Part shown: positions 58,673 to 64,000 of the stretch, in pieces
Layout of the letters: every line of letters starts with the position of its first letter
Numbering within the stretch: the first letter of the stretch is position 1
DNA from: a virus
Lineage: Duplodnaviria; Caudoviricetes
Virus record (IMG/VR): IMGVR_UViG_3300042890_005066
Coordinates: 1,777-65,776 of that record
Length of the DNA: 64,000 nt
Direction: 5' to 3' (one strand)
Notes under the pieces: generated by a model
What the model was told of the DNA's origin: nothing
Databases searched by the model: none
The model's input: only the letters and a program-made list of their open reading frames with translations
Program-made: the position numbers and the translations under genes

Positions 58673-60661
58673 TTATTTATTATTCTTAGGAGCTTTAGTA
58701 TAGAAATAGTCTCTTGGGGTGACAATCGGCTTACCCTGGCTTATAGGAATAGCTCCAAGCTGCAACGTATAAGCATCAATAACTCTAGAAGCCACAGTCT
58801 CAGGAAGCTCTTCCGGGCTCAGTGCCATAGGCATCAAAGTCATCTGACCACCCTTCTCAATAAAGCTCTTCTGGTAATCAATCATAGCGCTATCGCCGTA
58901 CAGCATCGGGCCAGTCATGCTAGTGAAATCAATGCTGCCATTGGTAGGCATCATGTTGCCAGCATCAAGCACAAAACCATCGCTTGTACCAACAAGTGCT
59001 AAAGCTGTACTCATCACAAGGTCATCGAAGTTGCCAGCACCGTCTTCTGCCTCTGTCCTGCCGGTGTCTCTGCCAGACCTATCTCTTTTCCTGACGTAGA
59101 TCTGCAGCTGTTTATACAATCTCTTGCTGTAGATCTTCCATGTTTCTTCTGGATTAGCTCGAATACAATCAGTCAAGTACTTGTTAAGAATAGCCTTACT
59201 GGCATTGCTTGTGTTATAACCGTAATGCGATACTTTTAGCGCTCGTTGCTTTCTTCTAGTACCGCTTTGGGGTACAGGTTTGTCATTTATGTCTTTTTTC
59301 CTCCAAAGCTTTGGGTAGTTCACATCATATCTAAGACTATCAATAACAATGTCTCCGCCGTTGTTACGTTCTACGACAGCCACAGCATTATTATAATAGC
59401 GTCCTATTCTGTCGACATATTTTACTAATTCTCTTGGTAGAACACGAGCCATGAATTCAGCTACTTGTTCTTGCTCCTCCAAGTCGAATACCTCTATTGC
59501 GCTATAGTCACGGCCTTTGCCTGTAGAAATATCGACACCCATAACGTAAGTGTGGGCGCCTTGGCCTGGGTCTACTATCTTGCCATTAATTCGTTTTTCT
59601 GGTAGAGCGATTACCGGTTTCTTAAAGATCCAGAGCCCCTGATCTGCGTCATCAAATTCGAAATCCTGCGCTTCGGATTGGCCTGTAACAGGGTGGATGT
59701 AAACCTGAGTGCCTTTAACTCGTGTCTCTGGGTCTCGGACAGTCGTCGATATAAGCGACAGGACTTCCTTATCTAAAACGGTATTGCCGCTACCAACAAA
59801 GGATGCGAGGATTTCCTGTTCGAATTTCCAGGCTTCACCTTCTGAGACAAGATTCTGATATTGGTGCTCTAACCATGGGGACCAATAGGGGCCATATTTC
59901 TTAATCTCATCTGAATTTTTACATGGGCGTATTCCGTCTATCGGACAGATCCTCACATCTTTTTTGCTTAACGGGTCAACATAATTTATGACCCAGTCCA
60001 TATCCCACCAATTTATAACAATTGGGTTCCAACTATTTAGGCCAGCTTCCGCATCAACCCATGTATTCCAGTACCATCCGCCGATGCCAGCAGTAGTGCT
60101 GATTGCTATAACACTACCACCCATGTTTAATGTGGGAGCTGCTGACGCCCACATTTCATCCATGCCTTGGATGAACGCTGCTTCGTCTATGATGTTTAAC
60201 GAGGAACTGTTTGAGCGCATAACGTCAGGGTGGCTTGTCAGACTGCTTATTCTCGACCCGTTTGGGAAGATCACTTCGTGTTCTGTTTGCTTTACCGGCT
60301 TCCAGTTCTCCTTCATCCATTCGGGTAAATGGTTAAAAGGGAACATAATCTGCTCTCGTAAAAAACCCATTGCATCTTCGTTCCGGCGAGAGACGATAAG
60401 AATGGTTTTATTATTTTGAAACATCGCGTACCATAACGCGAAACCACCAGCGATTTTTGAAGCGCCTACTTGCCTACATTTCTTGAAAATGTTAAATCTA
60501 TTTGTTCTAAAGCATTTTAAAGCATGCTTTTGATAGTTGAAAACATTGAATGGAATTATACCAGCCATCGGGTGTTTGATCTTGCCAAAGTTTCTAAGAA
60601 ACCATGAACATGATTTCTGGCACCGCTTGACAGCTTCTAACTGGTGTTTATCTAGTGCCAT
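58673..60661 (-). CDS. gp17: terminase large subunit (T4 gp17-like)
   Basis: KCRQVGAS Walker A, IIDEAAF Walker B, ISTT motif III, MGVDISTG, VERNNGG, DDLVMS nuclease motifs. Confidence 0.93.
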   Translation of the reverse strand: MALDKHQLEAVKRCQKSCSWFLRNFGKIKHPMAGIIPFNVFNYQKHALKCFRTNRFNIFKKCRQVGASKIAGGFALWYAMFQNNKTILIVSRRNEDAMGFLREQIMFPFNHLPEWMKENWKPVKQTEHEVIFPNGSRISSLTSHPDVMRSNSSSLNIIDEAAFIQGMDEMWASAAPTLNMGGSVIAISTTAGIGGWYWNTWVDAEAGLNSWNPIVINWWDMDWVINYVDPLSKKDVRICPIDGIRPCKNSDEIKKYGPYWSPWLEHQYQNLVSEGEAWKFEQEILASFVGSGNTVLDKEVLSLISTTVRDPETRVKGTQVYIHPVTGQSEAQDFEFDDADQGLWIFKKPVIALPEKRINGKIVDPGQGAHTYVMGVDISTGKGRDYSAIEVFDLEEQEQVAEFMARVLPRELVKYVDRIGRYYNNAVAVVERNNGGDIVIDSLRYDVNYPKLWRKKDINDKPVPQSGTRRKQRALKVSHYGYNTSNASKAILNKYLTDCIRANPEETWKIYSKRLYKQLQIYVRKRDRSGRDTGRTEAEDGAGNFDDLVMSTALALVGTSDGFVLDAGNMMPTNGSIDFTSMTGPMLYGDSAMIDYQKSFIEKGGQMTLMPMALSPEELPETVASRVIDAYTLQLGAIPISQGKPIVTPRDYFYTKAPKNNK

Positions 60662-60668
60662 TCATTCC

Positions 60669-61169
60669 TCAATATTCGTCATCCATCGGATTTGCTAGAA
60701 TGTCTTTAAGGTAATCGTCGCCTGTAGCAATGTTCAAATTATTATTATTAACGGTTAATGAACCTGCCTTTGTCGCAGCCAGCATCTTCGCATTTACTTC
60801 CATTATCTTGACAGCCATCATATTCACATTAGCTTTAGTTTCTAAAAGCTTAGTCAGATTATCCGTGTACCCACGTGAGGGGATTCGTCCGTTATCCCTG
60901 TCTTCTCGTATTTCGTCGAACATTAAGTTCACGACTTCTTGGATTTCTGCTCTGTCTTGCTTGCAGGCTGTCAGCACTTCTTCTGTTACGATGTCTAGTT
61001 TTGCATGATATTTTATGACGTCAACTGGCGGGCTCTGCGGCTCTGCCTTCAATATAATTGATTGCTCTGGAGCTTTTTTTTCTGACGCTTCTGGTATATT
61101 CAAAGCGTCATTGGGCTCGTCTGACTCATCATCAAGTTCTTGAAATAATGCGTCTAATTCTTCACTCAT
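60669..61169 (-). CDS. probable terminase small subunit
   Basis: Immediately upstream of TerL; helical, with TVNNNNLNI tail as in gp16-like proteins. Confidence 0.55.
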   Translation of the reverse strand: MSEELDALFQELDDESDEPNDALNIPEASEKKAPEQSIILKAEPQSPPVDVIKYHAKLDIVTEEVLTACKQDRAEIQEVVNLMFDEIREDRDNGRIPSRGYTDNLTKLLETKANVNMMAVKIMEVNAKMLAATKAGSLTVNNNNLNIATGDDYLKDILANPMDDEY

Positions 61170-61650
61170 TTTCTTTTTTGCTGTCCGGCTCAGGGTTTTT
61201 GTCTAGCTCTTTTAAAATAGCATATGCGAAATTCGAATCGATTAATCGGTGCTCGATCAGATCGAGAATAATCTTTTTGTCTTTAATTAGCTCTGATATT
61301 TTTTTCGCTTTTTCAAAGTACAATGTGTCTGCTTTGGCTTCAGGCTCTTTTTTGTCTTCATGCATGGCTTGGATGGTCTTGGAACTATGTTTTCTGCCTA
61401 GCTTACCTCTACCGTGATTTTGTTTATTCTTTGGTTTTCGCTTTGGCTTGACCCGGCTATCAAAGGTCGGGGTACGCAATGGCTGGTGACCATCTCGGTC
61501 GATATGGGATTTGGTAGCGTTAACTTGTGTGCGCCGTCGTATTCTTTCTTGTACAGATGAAGCTATACTATCATTTATAAGGGCATCGAAATCCTCAGTG
61601 GTAACTGTCATATTTTCGATTTTGCTCAATATCTCTTCAAATATGTTCAT
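61162..61650 (-). CDS. hypothetical protein
   Basis: Translationally coupled ORF with basic central region. Confidence 0.65.
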   Translation of the reverse strand: MNIFEEILSKIENMTVTTEDFDALINDSIASSVQERIRRRTQVNATKSHIDRDGHQPLRTPTFDSRVKPKRKPKNKQNHGRGKLGRKHSSKTIQAMHEDKKEPEAKADTLYFEKAKKISELIKDKKIILDLIEHRLIDSNFAYAILKELDKNPEPDSKKENE

Positions 61651-63908
61651 TATCCAAAATCCTCATCATCAACGACATTCTTCCTTTTATCATATTTAAA
61701 TTCACTATAAGTGCGGTTGAGAGGACTATCTGTAAATTCAAAGCTTCTCAATTTCACCATCTTGAGAAAATTGGTGACAATAGCCCTAGATAACCCAGAT
61801 TCGTCTACCAATTTTCCTATTAGCCCGTCGTGGGGCCGATCATCAGTCATCACTATTTTTTCTAAAGCATCTAAGATACTCAAATGGTCTGCACTATATT
61901 GGGATAATTGTCTGGCTTCTTGTAAAAACCTATCAACGATATTATTATTGTTACGTTGCCTTGTTCCTAGGTGATTCATATAGTTATGGCCGTTCTTTCT
62001 GTCTCTACCTTCTTTTTTAATGTATGCCAATATAACTGTTCTCGAAATCTGGGACCACATATTGAAAACTTTACTCATGCCTCTGTAGATTATTGTCTCT
62101 GTACCCCCGAAGCATCCTTGTCTTGGTAAGATGTATGGATACGATTCTAATTTAGTGTTACAGTGCGGGCAGGTTGGATGATTTAATATTACTTGGTTTA
62201 TCTTGATGATACCATATTCCCTAACATCTGGCATATAAAGAACTGAATCGGCTGGTCTATCTGGGTTAAAGCACGTGCGGCAGTGTGGTCTTGATCGGTA
62301 TTTGTACAGGGTGCGTTCTAGTTGGCAATTATGGGTTATAATGCCATTGGCCGTAAAATTATGAACATCCTTGACCCTAATGTCGTAAGTCTCAGATTCA
62401 CCGTATGAGATGTCTGACACTGGGAACCATCTAATCGTCCCGATCTCGATTCGGCGTTCGAGTAAGAACCTATCGGTAATGGCTAGGTCATCAACCAGCT
62501 TTATGAAAGTGTTGTCAGTCAGTCTTTTTTTCTTGATTATCAAATGCTTGTCGACCCCAATTATACTCAGAAGCTTTTTTGGCAGAACAGGGGAGGGGAG
62601 GTAGGCTCCGCAATAAACCTTCCTAATATACTCAATCATTTTTTGAGAGCTTACCATGTCCATATATTGAAATGGCTTACAGGATAGATTATCTTGCTTT
62701 TTTAGTTTATAATCAATTCTGAAGCCTATTTCGTCGTAAAATTTTCTCGAATCTCGTGTAGAAGCCTTTAACTGGTACGCTGTGCTGGCGATATGTGCCC
62801 ATCCCTTAGGACCAATCACTTCTCCTCTGTCGACTATAGTAGTCTTAGTGAATATCCCAAAATTCAATAAGAGTATTCGAAGCTGTTCTATCAGAGTAGG
62901 CGAACCAGAACTGTATCCGATCTCACCATTATGCTCTGACGAGTGCCCATCGCCATCAAACATCCCTTGCAGTAAAGCCACTAATATTTTCTTACTACAT
63001 CGAAACAGCCTATCTGGGATATGCTTATCTTTAAATGTCGTTCCTGGTGGAAGCCCGAGCTGTGTAAAAAGCTCTACCAATCTAATCCTATTGCACGTAT
63101 TCCTGCCCTCACCTTCATATCTGAATGTTAGGCCGGCTGGATTAGCTGAAAGGAAATCTATGACCTGTTGATTAGTGTTATAAATTATAACTCTGTTTTT
63201 TTCGATAGAACCTTCTGATATAACTAGACCTATTATATAAGCTAAGTCTTCTGTGAACATGTCTGGCCACCAATCGAAGGTGGCTCTCTTAACAGGGCTA
63301 TACTCCACATCATCTTCGTTGCCAAACACTTGCTGACCAGCCTGCACAGCAATCAGATCACCGATCTCTATTTTATCAGCGTTCTTAAAAAACGGACCAT
63401 CGGGTCCCATCACATAAAGAGGATGATCTCCAGTCGCTTCAATATTATAATGTTGAGCCAGCTTAATCTTGTATGTTCTTGTTTTCGGTCTTCTAGCCCA
63501 GTATTCAGCTAGATGCAGGCCATCCTTCCCAAACACTTTTATACTAATATCACCTTCTTCAGGGTGGTTCGCCAACATTTCAATAGGCATTAAACCACGC
63601 TCGGTGAATATCATAGTGCCAGGGACAACACACCACGCTGTTTGTAATAGATCTCCGAATGCCGATTCTTCTTGACCAGGGTATATCGTGTGCAAGCCTT
63701 GTTTTCTTATTATCTGCCTTATTAGCTCTGCTGCGTGGCTCATTATGCTGTCACGCAACTCTATCCTTGTACAGCCTGTCCAGATATATTGGGTCAGATC
63801 CCATTCTACTTTTTCGTTTATAAAATATAACTTTCTAAGCGGGGGCTCAACTTTTGTTGAGGTATCTACTGGTGATTTTCCAACGGTTTCTGATGAGTTC
63901 TGTTCCAT
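61650..63908 (-). CDS. gp55-like late sigma factor, intein-containing, with Zn-ribbon insert
   Basis: Extein LYFINEK..., DLLQTAW|CQLERTLYKY, KVFNMWSQISRTVILAYIKKE resemble sigma70 region 2/gp55; CRTC and CPHC insert. Confidence 0.65.
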   Translation of the reverse strand: MEQNSSETVGKSPVDTSTKVEPPLRKLYFINEKVEWDLTQYIWTGCTRIELRDSIMSHAAELIRQIIRKQGLHTIYPGQEESAFGDLLQTAWCVVPGTMIFTERGLMPIEMLANHPEEGDISIKVFGKDGLHLAEYWARRPKTRTYKIKLAQHYNIEATGDHPLYVMGPDGPFFKNADKIEIGDLIAVQAGQQVFGNEDDVEYSPVKRATFDWWPDMFTEDLAYIIGLVISEGSIEKNRVIIYNTNQQVIDFLSANPAGLTFRYEGEGRNTCNRIRLVELFTQLGLPPGTTFKDKHIPDRLFRCSKKILVALLQGMFDGDGHSSEHNGEIGYSSGSPTLIEQLRILLLNFGIFTKTTIVDRGEVIGPKGWAHIASTAYQLKASTRDSRKFYDEIGFRIDYKLKKQDNLSCKPFQYMDMVSSQKMIEYIRKVYCGAYLPSPVLPKKLLSIIGVDKHLIIKKKRLTDNTFIKLVDDLAITDRFLLERRIEIGTIRWFPVSDISYGESETYDIRVKDVHNFTANGIITHNCQLERTLYKYRSRPHCRTCFNPDRPADSVLYMPDVREYGIIKINQVILNHPTCPHCNTKLESYPYILPRQGCFGGTETIIYRGMSKVFNMWSQISRTVILAYIKKEGRDRKNGHNYMNHLGTRQRNNNNIVDRFLQEARQLSQYSADHLSILDALEKIVMTDDRPHDGLIGKLVDESGLSRAIVTNFLKMVKLRSFEFTDSPLNRTYSEFKYDKRKNVVDDEDFG
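62328..63632 (-). mobile_element. intein with LAGLIDADG homing endonuclease (435 aa)
   Basis: Block A CVVPGT, block B ATGDHP, IGLVISEG and LQGMFDGDG, block F/G TYDI.V..VHNFTANGIITHN followed by C+1. Confidence 0.95.
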
Positions 63909-63999
63909 CCATTAATCCACCAGGTAAGACAATTTTGACGGGATAGCCAGCCTCAATGATCGTTTGCATCCTTGCTTTTGAGTGCTGATAGAGATATTT
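63847..63999 (-). CDS. 3' end of a gene, probably UvsW-like helicase (partial)
   Basis: KYLYQHSKARMQTIIEAGY resembles the UvsW C-terminal motif; truncated by window edge. Confidence 0.4.
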   Translation of the reverse strand, partial: KYLYQHSKARMQTIIEAGYPVKIVLPGGLMDGTELIRNRWKITSRYLNKS

Positions 64000-64000
64000 A

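Noticed and set aside
1-64000. Stop-codon reassignment
   Set aside because: Core genes are full length in the standard code, coding density is high, and TAA, TGA and at least one TAG end genes.

Overview
A 64 kb piece of a large T4-like (jumbo-type) tailed dsDNA phage genome, standard genetic code, mostly minus-strand genes. Right half is the head/packaging module: partial UvsW-like gene, intein-containing gp55-like late sigma factor, probable small and clear large terminase, portal, a ~1,090-aa acidic core protein, prohead protease, scaffold and major capsid protein. Three free-standing endonuclease genes, each fused to a putative DNA-modifying domain, sit in or next to this module. There are two paralogous cassettes of repeat fibre + RCC1 beta-propellers + fibre accessory proteins (4.6-15.1 kb and 48.6-58.6 kb) with clear signs of sequence exchange. 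Three loci encode glycan building/tailoring enzymes (GTs, sulfotransferase, O-methyl- and O-acetyltransferases). The signal least explained by the gene map is a patterned, gene-orientation-independent alternation of G/T-rich and A/C-rich domains at synonymous sites, with major G/T-to-A/C switches roughly every 7-11 kb. All protein calls come from motif recognition by eye; no searches were run.
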